IMG/VR virus record: IMGVR_UViG_3300031521_001337
Coordinates: 124,001-188,000 of that record
Length of the DNA: 64,000 nt
Direction: 5' to 3' (one strand)
Shown here: positions 9,401 to 23,169 of the stretch, piece by piece
Position numbering within the stretch: position 1 is the stretch's first letter
How the letters are laid out: each line of letters begins with the position of its first letter
The notes under the pieces: model-generated
Database searches by the model: none
What the model saw: the letters and a program-made list of their open reading frames with translations, nothing else
What the model was told of the DNA's origin: nothing
Made by a program: the position numbers and the translations under genes

Positions 9401-11128
9401 TACTGTCAAAGCTTTCATTATTTCAATATTAGCTGTACTTGCTGTAAGTATTCTACTATCATTAGCTAATGATTTATTAGGTTTAAATTTACCTAAAATA
9501 GTATTACCTCTAGTAAATTCATTAACTTGATCTAAAGCATTAATAGTAATTGCAATAGCTTCTACACTTCGAGTATTAATGTTTCTAAATAATAATACAC
9601 CAGCATGAGATAATTCAGGAATTGAATTTTCATCATTTACTATTTCCCATTCAGGTGTTAAATATTTATTAAGTACTCTTTGCATTTGAATTGGAGCTTC
9701 CTTACCATTAATAAGAATTCCATGTTCTTTATTTTTAGCAGCTTTAAATGACTTAACAAGGTCATTCATTTTACTATCTTTAGCATTAGTCCATTTTGTT
9801 ACATAATCTTCAACTTTAGCTTGAAATCTTTCTTCCCAACCTAGTTTAGTTTTATCTTCTTCAATCCTTTCAGTATTTAAATTATTTACAATATAAATCT
9901 TAGCTTGACCTTCTGAACGAGCAATAGCCTCTTTAACTAAATTTTCAACAGATTTACCTTTTGTTTTAGTTTTATAATCATAAGCAGGAAATGCAATCTT
10001 ACAAGTATCAACAATTTCAGAATCTAAATCAGTAGTAGATAAATGATCCCTTTTGATTTTAGAAGGAATAAGAGTTCTTAAATCATTACTCATATTACCT
10101 GAATTATATTCTAATCCTGATGATGAATTTGATCTGTCTGAAATTTCTTCTAATGTAATAGCGTTAGGATTTATTTCAATATTATTACCTTTTTTAGGAA
10201 CAATTAATTGTAGTATATTTAAAGAAGATTGAGCTGTATCAACATAACTATCTAACAACTGACGTTTTATTCCTAAAATATAATCAGTTTCTAATTTCTT
10301 AGATGAATCCCAATCAGAATATTTATTTCTTGAAACTTTAATTTCATATAAATTAGGAATTCCTTTATCATCAATTTCTAATACATGAATATTTCCATTC
10401 ATATGATTAGCAGTACTGTTTACAGATTGACCTATTTTAATAATACTATTAGACGATTGCATTTTTCTACCTCAAACAATTAAATCATTTTTAAGTGTAG
10501 CAATCGCTATTTTGTAATTGTCTAAATTAAATTCTTTTTTCTCAAAGTTAGACGTTCCATCTAATTTATCAAATTCTTTAGATGCAAATTGATTATAATT
10601 ATGAATCTCTTTCATAAGATTCTCTAAATACATATCAATATCTTTATCCTTATATAATTTACCAGCATCAGATAAAGCCAATCTTACAAGATTAGAACCA
10701 ATTTTACTCATTTCCATCATTCTATTATCAAGAGATAAATTTAAATTAACTCTTGCCATTAGAACAGCAGCAGATTCATTAGGATATTTAACTTTTAATA
10801 AAGCTAATTGATTCTTTTTAAAATTTGCTTCAATAAATTCGGGGGAGAGTAATTTCTCTTCCCCGTTTATATTATGTGTAAGTTTTATAAAACTATAAGG
10901 TGTTAATCCATCAGATACTTTAGGATCGATATTTGATTTTGCTGTATTATCTTCTAACACATTTAAAGTTAAGTCTTGTAAAGATTGGGTTAGTGTATCT
11001 TCAGATCTACTGTGTTTTACACCCACTTCTTTATCCAGATTGTTCTTAACAAAATCTGTTAGTTCTTTATCCGAATTAAAAGTTGCATTAAATCCGTCTA
11101 TATTTAAATAGTATTTACATTTATCCAT
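6458..11128 (-). CDS. Giant virion-associated protein D (1556 aa with TGA=Trp), possible degenerate PD-(D/E)xK domain near the N-terminus
   Basis: Track fragments 10472, 9338, 8867, 8528, 7994 and 7124 are in one frame, joined by TGA only. Starts MDKC, ends TAA at 6458. Confidence 0.85.
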
Positions 11129-11139
11129 TTTATTTTATT

Positions 11140-14100
11140 TTAATAACTGCAATCTTGTATCAGTTGATCATTTTTTATTAATTGTTTTATCTTTCCTGAT
11201 ACATTAAACATTTCAAATGCGTTTGTAGTATCAATTAATCCATCTTCTGCACCTATTAATTTAGAACCAAACTGAGTCATTATACTATCAATTGGTTGAC
11301 CTAATAAATCTATTGAATCTTCTCATTTTAAATCAGCATCTAAATTTAATAAATCAGATATTGATTTTTTAATAGATTCATTAAATACTTTCTCAGTAAA
11401 TAATTCATCAGGTTTAATATTGCTTTTAACTGTCATTGTTAATAATTTAACAAAAGTTTCCTCTAATTTATCAGCATTTATATCTCCATTATAACTCTTA
11501 GATATTTCTGAAAACATAGGATGATATTGTACTGAATTCACAATTCTATAATAAGAATCAGAATCATTACTTTTCATTGTAGCTAATACTAAATGTAGAA
11601 TCTCGTGTAATGGTTCTTCCATTCCAGCTTTATCAACATTTACATAAACTCCACCTTCATAAACAAATGCCGCAGAATTATTTACATCTAAATGTGTAAA
11701 GTCTTTTAAATCATCATTTGTAATAATATTGATCGGAACTCCGAATTTATTTTGAAGAACATCAATCATAGCGTTAACTATTTCAACTGAATCAGATTTA
11801 CTGTAAGCAGTAACATATGAACTCTTAGAAGGATTACTTTGAGTAACAACATCTTTAACTTTTTCAAAATTATCGGTTGCTCATTTTGGTAAAAACAATT
11901 GTTTTATATTAGTAGCATCTACTCCAATAAAAAATCGTTCTGCTTTAACATGATTTATTTTACTATCGTCTCCAACATTAGGAATATTTGAATAATGATA
12001 TGCAGAAACTAATAGTTTATCTCCAATCATTTTCTCAACAATAAAAGGTTTAGCGTTTCCTTCTACAAGTAAATAAGAACCTGGAACTATATATTGAAAT
12101 ACTTTATCAAAACTTGTATTATCCAATGCAATTTTTACTGTATTAAAATCATCTTTTAATATACCTTTTTGTCCATTAATAGGATTACCTTCATACATAT
12201 AAAGTTTATCGGGAATTGAATTTCATTTATAGCGTTCAGCTAAAGACTCTTTATATTTCTGTGTAATATCTATATCAGATGATTCGTATTTAGATTCAGA
12301 TATAGGTCTACTATAAACATAACCTGTTTTACTTTGATAAACTTTAACTTCTTGACTATTAGTATTAGTTATATTAGGAGTGTTTCCAAGTTTAAATCTG
12401 TTTTTAATTATTCAACCTTGAGCAAAAGATTCATTTTGTGATTTATTACTCAATAATAAATATCTTGATAAATTTAAATCTGATGTAGCTACATCAATAT
12501 AACGATTAACTCCTCCAAACTCAGATGATGTTTTAATATGATCATAAGCTGATTCAAGTACTTTTAATACATTACCAGTTGAAGTATCATATATAAAATC
12601 ATCTTTATTAATTGTAGATTGACTATTAATTTGCTCTATAGAAAATTCTGAATTTTTAAAAGCTCCATGATTATTTTTCTTTGGACTAAGAAATATTTCT
12701 TGCATGTTATCTAATATCTTACCATTTGAATCTGTTTTAAACACATCACTAATTGATTGTTTAACACTAACCTTTTCAGTAGCTGATATAACATGATCAA
12801 TACTTGGAGAAGTTACATATTTAATACTATTTTCCATAACATATTTTACAGTATTGTTCTTAGTTAAATAATATACAATTTTCTTATCTCCTGCATCAGA
12901 TTGACTAGTACCATGAGCTAATACAATAGCATCAACAAGTTTATCATCTTCTTTAACAAGAACGTGTGCACCATTCATTACTCCAAATTGTACAGGTTGT
13001 CAAGCATCATTATTTTCAATTTCTGAAATCGTATGACTTTTAAATGTATTTGTATCAACATCTGTTCCGATTGAAAAGTTTTTAATATCACTTACTGGAA
13101 CTTGTTCTCCATTAACAGTTAACATAGAACCATTTATTTCAGAAATTTCTCTATACGTTTTACTTCTTCCAACTTTTACTTTAACTCTACCAGATTTAAT
13201 TAAATCAAGCATAGTACCTCACTTAACTTTACTAAATTTATTTATAGATAATTCAGATTCAGTTTTACTTGATTTGTATACAGGTTTAATTGTAGTATCA
13301 TCAACTTTTCTAGAATATATATAATCTGATTTAAGTAATGATTTACGTGTTGTTAATCCATCCCCACCTGAAATTGTAGTAATAACTTTATTACCATCAG
13401 TATCTACTTTATAATCAAAAAAGATTTCATAAATAGTTTTATCTCCAAATTTAACTCCAATTAAATCACCTTGTCTAAGATTTTTAATTAGAGTTTTTTC
13501 AGCAGGTTGATAATAATAATCACGATTTTCTTTTAATACTTTAGTTTCAAAGTTAGATTTTATAGTGTAAGCTGAATCTCTTGTATTTATTAAATCTGAT
13601 ACACCGTTAACATCTATAGTATTTTTATAAGATGCTTCATTATAAACAAATAATAATTTACTAAGTAATTTAGATTTATCTCCAAATCCTGGATTAATTA
13701 TATTATTTAATATCTCAGTTCTTTGTGCATCAGTACCAGTTCTAAGAGTTTCAGAGTTTTTAATGTAATTATCATTATCGTATAAATTTAATGCCAACTC
13801 AGTTAAAGCCATTATCTTATTTTGTTCATCATAAGCATAATTTAGATTTAAAAATATATGACCTTTATGAAATTGAGTTTTTACGTTTTCATTTGCAATT
13901 CCAGCAATAACCATTTTAGAGGTCCATGATGGTTTAGGAATATTAAGTCCTTGCATTAATTTAATTACATTCTTATCTTTAATCAACTCCGCAGGGCTGT
14001 AAAGCCCCACGGAATTTTCATTAATGTTTGTAAGTTCAATATTCTCAATTGAATCAAATTGTGGAAGCATTTCCATAATTGATTTAAGTTCATCCAAACT

Positions 14101-14208
14101 TCTACCTGATAATAATTTTTTAATTTCATTAATATCAGTAACAGGTTTTTCAACTGAACCTAAATTATATTTCTTACCTCCAACGTTAAGTATTATTTCA
14201 CAACTCAT
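11140..14208 (-). CDS. Virion-associated protein C with zincin-like metallopeptidase domain (1022 aa with TGA=Trp)
   Basis: Fragments 13219, 13000, 12412, 11881 and 11323 are in frame; PLHEILHLVL (HExxH) plus downstream EE. Starts MSC, ends IQDCSY-TAA. Confidence 0.85.
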
Positions 14209-17200
14209 TATTTATTACATTTAGTTTCTAATACACCATTTATAGATGTTAGACTATTTAAAATTTGTTTTTCTAAATTCTTTCTTTCCTCACTAGCAAT
14301 TTCAGATTCATCTAAAGAGTCTAATAAAGTATAATATCTATTCTTAACAGAATCAACAATATCAACTGGATTTTCAATATCAGACATATCTTGAGATCTA
14401 GCTACAGATTTTTGTTCTAAATCTCTCTTTCCAAATATCTGTAAATATAATACATGTCTAAAATCTTTATCAGTTTTAATTCTATCCATTAATTTTGGGA
14501 TTAGATTTTTATCTAAGTCCATCATCCTTTGGAATTCTACGAATTTTCTTGAGAAAGTGTTAGGATTTTCCATATCTTGTGAGAAAAATATAGTTGCTCT
14601 ATTTCCACCAAATCGTCCTTCGTTGACTAAATGATTATACAAATATAGTAAATCTAAAGCTCTAATATTCTCAGAATTGTACTTATTTGATCCAGGATCA
14701 GTCTGAGATACTTTGATATTTAAATTATATTTATCATCACGATTTTCATTAAATAAATTGAGACCATGTTGAATCTTAGTCATTATTTTATGATTTGATT
14801 TATCATCATAGAATTTAATCTGACGTTGCATATTGAATATTTTATTGTTTCCAAACTTATAATCTTTTAAGAAGTTATTACTCTTAAATTTAGATTTAAG
14901 TGAATTAATTAAATAATTCTCCATAATATATTTGTATTGTGCTAATCCAAATTCAGTTCCAAGATCAATAATTCTATAAGGAGTATTTAAAGATTCTTCT
15001 TTAGTATCAGGATCTGTACTTAATTTAATTTCAGAAGTACTAATCCTTTGTTTATCAGGATCGAGTATATTCATCTCTTTTATATTTAAGTATTTCATGA
15101 TTTGAACAATGTCTAATTGTAAATTTAAATTTTTAAGCCATTCTTGTGATACATAATTATCATAAGCATCACCTGCTCCAGATAGTACTTTTTCTCTAAG
15201 TTGTACAGAATTATCGATATTTGACATTGCTCTTGTTTGTTTAACAATATCTTTATGGTCTAATTCACCATTATCTCTACCTATATCAACTAAAGCATGA
15301 GTAAAATCAGTAACGAAAGCATATTTATTAATATCAGTTCTCATTGTTTTTTCACTATAATTAAATGATTTCAACATTCCATTAAAGTGAGGTAACTTAT
15401 TTACAACATCTAATACATTGAATGTATATTTCAATAAATTATAATAACCTGTAACAGCTTCAAAATATCTTGGTTCTGTTGTAATAGGATGATCCATACT
15501 TTCGTAATAACGATTGATATCAACTCCACCAAATACAATTCCAGCTAATACAGCATCAGATAATCTTCCTTTAATATAACCTTCTGATAAATGAGGTTTG
15601 TCAGTTTTAATTATTCTAACTAACTCAGGTAATAAAGTTTTATTAAATTCTTTAAGTATTAAAGTTTGTTCAGATGAAGATGCTTCATTTCATTGTTTTT
15701 TAACATTATTTAAATCCGTTTTAACTTCTTCAAATATTGTATTTTGTTGAGATGTAACAACTGAATTAATTTTTCTAACAATATTATATATATCAATTTC
15801 AGAAGCTTTAATACCTTGATTAGCAGATAGTAATCCACCCAAAGTTTTAAGTTCTTTAGAATAGTTATAAATTTTAATAAACTCATCAAAATAAGCTTTA
15901 TTAATTCCAGCTTTAGCAGGATTAAGTTTTCCTAATTGTGCATCAATTGATGAACTTTTACCAGATTTAAAGAAGTCTTCTTGTAAAGCAGCTTTAATTT
16001 TTAACGCATCATCACTAGTCATAAATTTACCAATAAGTGCTTCATCCATTCCTAATACTAACATATAAATATGCATTGAAGCAAAATCTATACCAGCATT
16101 AATTTTAGCTAACATTAACTCTTTAGCATTATCAGTTGCAAGAGATAATAAAGCAGATATATTTAAAGCCGGATCATTTTCATCAAGAACTTTAGATAAC
16201 TCTAATTTCTCTTCATCGTTAAATAAAGATCCATCTTTCTTAGTTAGATTAACTTCTTTAAGATTTTTATATACAATATCTTCTAAAGTTTTAGTTGCTT
16301 TTTCTGTTAAGTTTAATCCTCCAATCTTTTTAAGATTGTAGTTCTTACCTAAAATATGAAAGTTTCTACTAAAGAATTCATTATCTTCTGATGTTACTTC
16401 ACCATTATAATAATTAGAATAATATGTAACTAAAGCAAAATAATCTTTAAGTCCTGTAGCAGCAGCTCCAATTACTTTTTTACCTACAGCATTTTGTTCT
16501 TGTTGTAAGAATGTTGTATGACCATCATAATTACTTAAAGCATAAGAACCATCAATTTTCTTACCAATTTCTGTATACTTACCAAATGAGATTGGAGAAT
16601 AAGATGCAACTTGATTTCTAGGACTAGTACTTAATGCAATTAACTTATTAACTACAAAGTTTTTAAATCCATTTTCATTATTGTATTTATTATGTTTAGA
16701 TAATTGTTTAATAAATTTATCAGCAATTAAATCATTTTCACTATCAATATATTTAATTTCAGGATGATCTTTCAAATAGTTATAAATATCAGCTCTTTCT
16801 TTTAATCTAAATGGATTCATGGTTGTAGGAATAACAAATGTTTCGCCTTCAAACTTTCCTCTAGTATATTCCTTTCCATTAGGTGCAGGAAGTCTTAAAG
16901 AATCTCTAACGTTATCATCAGATGAGAAATCAAAGAATGGTGATCATTTTTCAAAAGAACCATTTCTATAATCATACATCATCATATAAACTTTATCAAT
17001 ATCAAAGTCAGAACCTTGTAACCATAATTGTCAGTGAGATACAAATGCATTATTCAAGTGTTCTTGAGTATATGCTACAGTATTCATAGACATAAATGAT
17101 TGATAAGCTTGTGCAGGAATACGAGCACTTAATGATAGATTAGACATTTTCCATGAATTAAACATAGTATTTTTCAAGTTAAACACATAACTGTCTTTAG

Positions 17201-20200
17201 CTCTACTTTCTCTTAATTTATCACGATATCCACCAGTATCTCAAAGATAACTACTAATATCTTTTGTTTTAGAATCTTGAGATAAACCTGCTGTTTTAGC
17301 AGCATTTTTCATTTCAAGATAATACTTTTGTTTATTTTTCAAATAAGTTCTTGATGCAGCATCATTTGTATTATCAACTAAAAGTTTATATACATCTAAT
17401 AAAGAATCAAGATTATCATCAGATACAATATTTTTATTAATGTTCATAAAATCATTTACATCAATTAGATCAAATTTGTTTTTACTACCACTAATAAATG
17501 ATTTTAAATCTTCTAAAGAATTAACAACTAACATTTCATTATTTGATTTATCTTTAAATAATTTACTACCTTCTGGAAGATTATACATCTTTTTACCTTG
17601 CATATCTTTACGAACTCTTACATCCTTTCCATTAAAATTTTCAGTAGATTCGTTAACAAAAAATGATTCTCCAATTTGAGTATCTTTTCTTTTTAAAACA
17701 TCATTGTCAATTGTATATCTATTATCAGAATTTATAATAATACCTAATTTCTTTCCAGTCTTTGAGTCAGATAAAAATACATCACGTTCTAATTTTCTAG
17801 GAACATTTAATGCATTATTGATAATATTTCCAAAGAAATTCGGAGTTATATCAGCATGTTTAAATTCTTCTAATGAAAATTCAGATTGATAAACTTTAGG
17901 AATAATATTTTCAGCATGTTTATGTACATAATCACTAATTATATCTGTACTAAGATATTCAGCTTCTGGATCAATACCATAAGCAAATGTATCATTCTTT
18001 TCAGAACCACCTGATTTATATTTAAATATTTCATCAAAAGGATTAGCTGTTGTAGCGTCAGATGTTCTTTTAAAAATAACACCTTTTTCTAATAAAGTAT
18101 ATGATCTATTAACTCATTTTTGCAAATATTTACCAATAAATTCATAATAATCTCTCATGTAATCTTTATGAGTTTCATGAGTATCTAATGGCATCATACT
18201 ATGTATTGATTTAAAACGTTCATCATTCTTTGATAAATAATCAATGAAATTCAATACTTGTGGATGTGGAGCAAATACTCCAGTTTTCTTCCAAACCTTT
18301 ATAGCTTGTTCAAAATTTCATTTAAGTTGAACTGCTTCTAAATCAAATGAGTTTTGACGTAGTCCATTAACATTATAAGTAATTTCAACAGGTTTTAAAT
18401 CTCTAGTAAGTCCATATATTTTTTCAAATTCATATTGACTATTTTCAAATAAATTCTTAAAGTTATAATAATTTTCAATTCTATCAAGATTAATTATATT
18501 GTTAGATTTATTATATTCAACTCCTCCAATTTCAACAGCATTATTATCTGTAAAAATAATTCGTATTGTATCTAAAGGATTGATTTCATTTAATAATACA
18601 GGTTTAGGTTTGAATTCATCAGAAAAATTTAAAACATGATCAATCTTAGATTTTAATTTATCATATTCAGTATCACCAATTGGAACAAATGATGCTTTAA
18701 GTTCATCAGAAAGTTTATCAAATTTACTAAGGATATCATCCATTATATATGTCTTGCCAACATTGTTCTCATAAATCTTCATAATGCCCTGAGATGGATT
18801 TAAAACCATCGCAGCACCCCTAAATTTACGACGAATATAATCCGTATTTATTTTAGAAATTATTGATGAAACAAATTGTTTATAAATTGTTTTATTACCA
18901 TAAGGTATAAAATCAGAATCAGCAGGATTTAAAGTAGCTTCAACATTTTTATATAAAGAATCAACAATAATTTTACTGTTATTTATTTGTGAACTATTCT
19001 CTAAACTTTTTACAAATAATTTAGTCAGTTGTTTCAGTTTATCTTCTCCACCTAACTTTTGGAATTGTTTTAAAGTATTATCAATTATTGATCCAATTCC
19101 ATTATATAAATCATTAAATAACTCAGGAGCTGCATTGTTTTCAGATGCAGCAGAAAGTACTTGTGTAATTTCAGATACAGATGATTCATCAGAAGTGTGA
19201 CCAGCATCTAATTGAATTCCAAAAAATGATGTATCAAAGTTAAACCAATTAGGTTTTGACTTATTAGTATGATGTAAAACATCAGTATGATTGATATTAG
19301 TTGCACCATTTTTAACAGCAGATTCAGGTAAAAACATTGCAATCATTTTATCTTTTAATTTCAATCCTCCATTTAAAGCATGCTTTTTAATGATTTCATT
19401 TACTATTTGAATTGATTGTTCAGTTTGAACAATTTTTTCAATCGTTCTACCATTTAAAAGTTTAGTAATCTTTTTAGATGAAAATGCTCCACCAAAGGCT
19501 TCTCATAAATCAAATAAGTTTTTAATTTTTAATGGTTGAATTTCAATATCTCCATTTGCATTAGCGTAACTTAATTCATAACTTGTTTTACCTTTACCAT
19601 CAGCTTTTTTAATAGAAATAACTTGTCTAAATTCTCCGTTAATTGGAATATATAAATTATCAAGATCAATACTTAAAGCTTCTCCTGTAAGAGATGTAAA
19701 TATATTATCATGATCAGAATCTTTGAATATATCAAAATGATTCATTTTCTTCATCCATTCTCTTTGATTATAAGGAGAATTGATACTAGTTCTAATATTT
19801 TCATTAGTCATTCCAAATGTAGCACATTTCAAAAAAGTACTATGTCCATTGTGAATAGAAGTACCAATTGGTTTTTGAGTTCCGTTTAAACCTTTACCAG
19901 GTTGAGCAGATATAGATTGAGCAACAAAGAAAGGGTTAGCAGGAATACCACCATCAAATACTTTTTGATCATCTGATGCACCAACTTGATTAAATACTTG
20001 AGCTTCTGGATCTTTAAATATTGCTAATTTAATTTGAGGTTCAATTCCTTGAGGACCTTTATTAAATATTGTCATACTAGCTCCAGTAATTACCATACGT
20101 TTTGTAAAACCTGTAGTTCTTTCTTTTTCTTCTAATCTCCAATCATTAAATCATCCTGATTCTTTAGTATTGATTTCAATAAAACTCTTTTTAAATGGGT

Positions 20201-23162
20201 GAATATATGCACCTTTAGTAGAAAGATTTTCATATTGACTTAATATTAAATTTCTAGACCACATATATTTTCTACCTAATTCAGATAGTTCAGTACCATC
20301 AGCATTATTCAATTTAAGATTACTAACTGATATTCTTTTACCATCTTCCATATTATAATCAAAAATATCATCAACATCTATATTAAAATGTTTAGCTATT
20401 TGTTCAGCAATGTGTTCAGATTTAACATGATAAGTTCCTTCGAATTTAGTATTTAATTTGATTTCTTTTGGAGAAATATGTGTATTTTCTAATGTTCAAG
20501 AAGCTAAACTTCCTTCCATATTTTTACTCCATTCATTAAATAATGATTGATCATTAAATATCATGAAATTAGTTTTAAGAGCTTGATTAATTTTCAAAGC
20601 CTTTTTACCATCAACTGAATATTCAGAATAATGTAAATCTCTAACTATTTCAGGATTTCTAAAATTATCATCATTACTATGATTATGTGTATAAGATCTT
20701 GTTAATTTTTCAATAGCTTTAACACTAGTATTTTTTTCAAAGAATTCTTCAATTTGACTAATTTTATCTTTAGGATCACGTACTGTAGATAATGAAGATG
20801 AATTATCAATCAATAATAAATCAGCATGAATATTATTTATAACTGATGTATAATATTGTAATTGATTTTGTTTAAAGTGAGATTTTAATTCATCACTTGA
20901 TAATTTAGCTAGTGTTCCACCTAAGTTATCTGTAACATTTGAATTAATTTCTAAAGCTAATATCTTACCTTTATCAGAAAAATTCCAAGGTTGAATAAAC
21001 ATTCTATCTTCATTAATACTTGACATTAAGAAATTTCTAGTAAATGCAAGTTTAAATAAATCTTTTGAATTTAATTCATCAATTGATTTAGCTTCATTTT
21101 TACCAACTACTTCACTTATAATAGCAGTACCTTTTATTAGATTAGGATTTTGTTTAAAGAAAGTATTAGCATTTGCTTTAGCTAATAATCTTCCAGTTAA
21201 TGCTCCAACATAAGCAATTGACATAGTTGGTCATGAATCACCTTCCGAACTTTTAACTTGTGTTACAACGTTATATTTTTCTTCTTGATGTCTTAATTTA
21301 AATAACTTTTTAAAGTCAAATTCTTTAGATACATTATCTTCTTGTAGTTTAGCTATAATTTCATCATTAGTTAATACTCTATCAGCTAAAGAGACATCTT
21401 CATTCATAACTTTAATATCTTTCATTAAAAGATTTTCTAATGATTTTCTAGTATTAGCTGTTAATGGATCTGATTCAGATTTAGTAGAACCTAAAAATGA
21501 TTCTTTACTTTCTTTAGATAACTGTATATCAGCATATTTATCAATAAATGCAAATACTCCACCATAAGTAGAAAAATCAGCATCTCTAAATATAGTAGAA
21601 TCTGTTTTAAGTTTTTGCTTATAAGAAACTGTATTATTTACAAGTTGTTTGAAATCCACACCTACTTTAGTATCCATATGTAGATTGTCAACAGTTGTAC
21701 CATTTCCTTCTACATCTTCCGATCTATATGTATTTTTAACTGTATTTCTTATAGCGTGAATTAATATTTGTTCAATATCAATTGGTTTATCAGATATACC
21801 GATATTAGTTGCTTTCCATTCATTAAATAATCCCACAACTCCAGTATCTCTATGATATAAGAAATCATGAATACTATACATATAATTTTTAATGATACTT
21901 AAATCATCATATTTATCAGATTCATTTACTAAAGCTTTTAATATTGTTCTGAATGGTATATCGTTATTATCACGTTCATGTCTTTCAAATGCTTCATCAA
22001 CTGTTAGTTTTGAACCTTTAATATTAAGTGTTAAGTCTTGAGGTAATGAATTCATTACTGCTCCAATAACATTAACACTAGTTGTTCCTAATGTAATACG
22101 ATTATTTCCAAATAAATATCCTGAAGTTTTATCTCCATTTGATTCTTCAGATTCTTCAATTACATTGTGTTGTTTGAATGGGATGATATTAGAAAGTAAT
22201 TTAAATAAACTTGAAGTATGATGTGATACATCAGTTCCTTCTATTGAATCAGAAGCTCATGTTGAAGTAGATGCTCCTTTAAATTTTAATGTATATTTAA
22301 ATTCACTATTAGAAGGAGGTGCATATGTATTCATCCCATCCGGATTTACATTTATTACATCTCCATGTTTTTCTGACATTAATTTATCAAAATTTGTAAG
22401 AATCAACATTCTTATATATCCTGATGTAGTTGAAATACCTTTAGTATCAATACTATATTTATCTAAAGCTTCAAATTTAGTTGTTACTGATTCTAATACT
22501 TTAGAATATGGTGTTTTACCATCTGTATCTGGAAAAAATAAATCAGGATTCAATCTAAATGCACGAGATCCAGTAGAATCTTTATCTGTATTATACAGAT
22601 TAGAATCTTTTACTTCAGTTACTCCTGAAACTTTAGTTAGATATTTTCAAATATCATTCTTATAAACAAAGATATTATGTTCCAATGCTAAATCAGATAC
22701 TACAAAGTTATTAAATCCGTTATCCCTGTTATCGTTATTAACGAATGAAACAGCATACATAGCGTACTCTAATTCAGAATCTAAAAAATTTTCAAGTGAT
22801 TTATCATGTTTTAATAGTTTTGCTATATTTGAAGCATCTATTAAAGTTGGATTAGTTGATAACGATCCAGATGTTTTAGATAGTCCATATCTAACTTGAG
22901 ATATAATCTCATTAATATTATCAGAAGTTAAGTTAGGTTTGTTTAACTTTGACATTGATAAATATAACGAATTGAAATCATACACCCGTGCTTCAGGAGA
23001 TTCTTCTATTCCCTTTAATATAAAATCTGACGCAGCAGATATTTCTTCATTTAATTTTTCATTATCTACTAAATCAGAACCGAAAATACCAAGGGGTTCT
23101 ATCCCCTTGGCACCATTCAGTTTCTTGATTATTGCTTTAAAATTTTGTGAACATTTACTCAT
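14208..23162 (-). CDS. Single-chain virion DNA-dependent RNA polymerase, crAss type (2984 aa with TGA=Trp)
   Basis: Ten track fragments are in one frame. The catalytic region SARIPAQ...QLWLQGSDFDIDK (DxDxD loop at 16992-17015) lies in a TGA-bounded stretch absent from the track. Starts MSKC, ends ETKCNK-TAA. Confidence 0.92.
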
Positions 23163-23169
23163 TTTTTAT

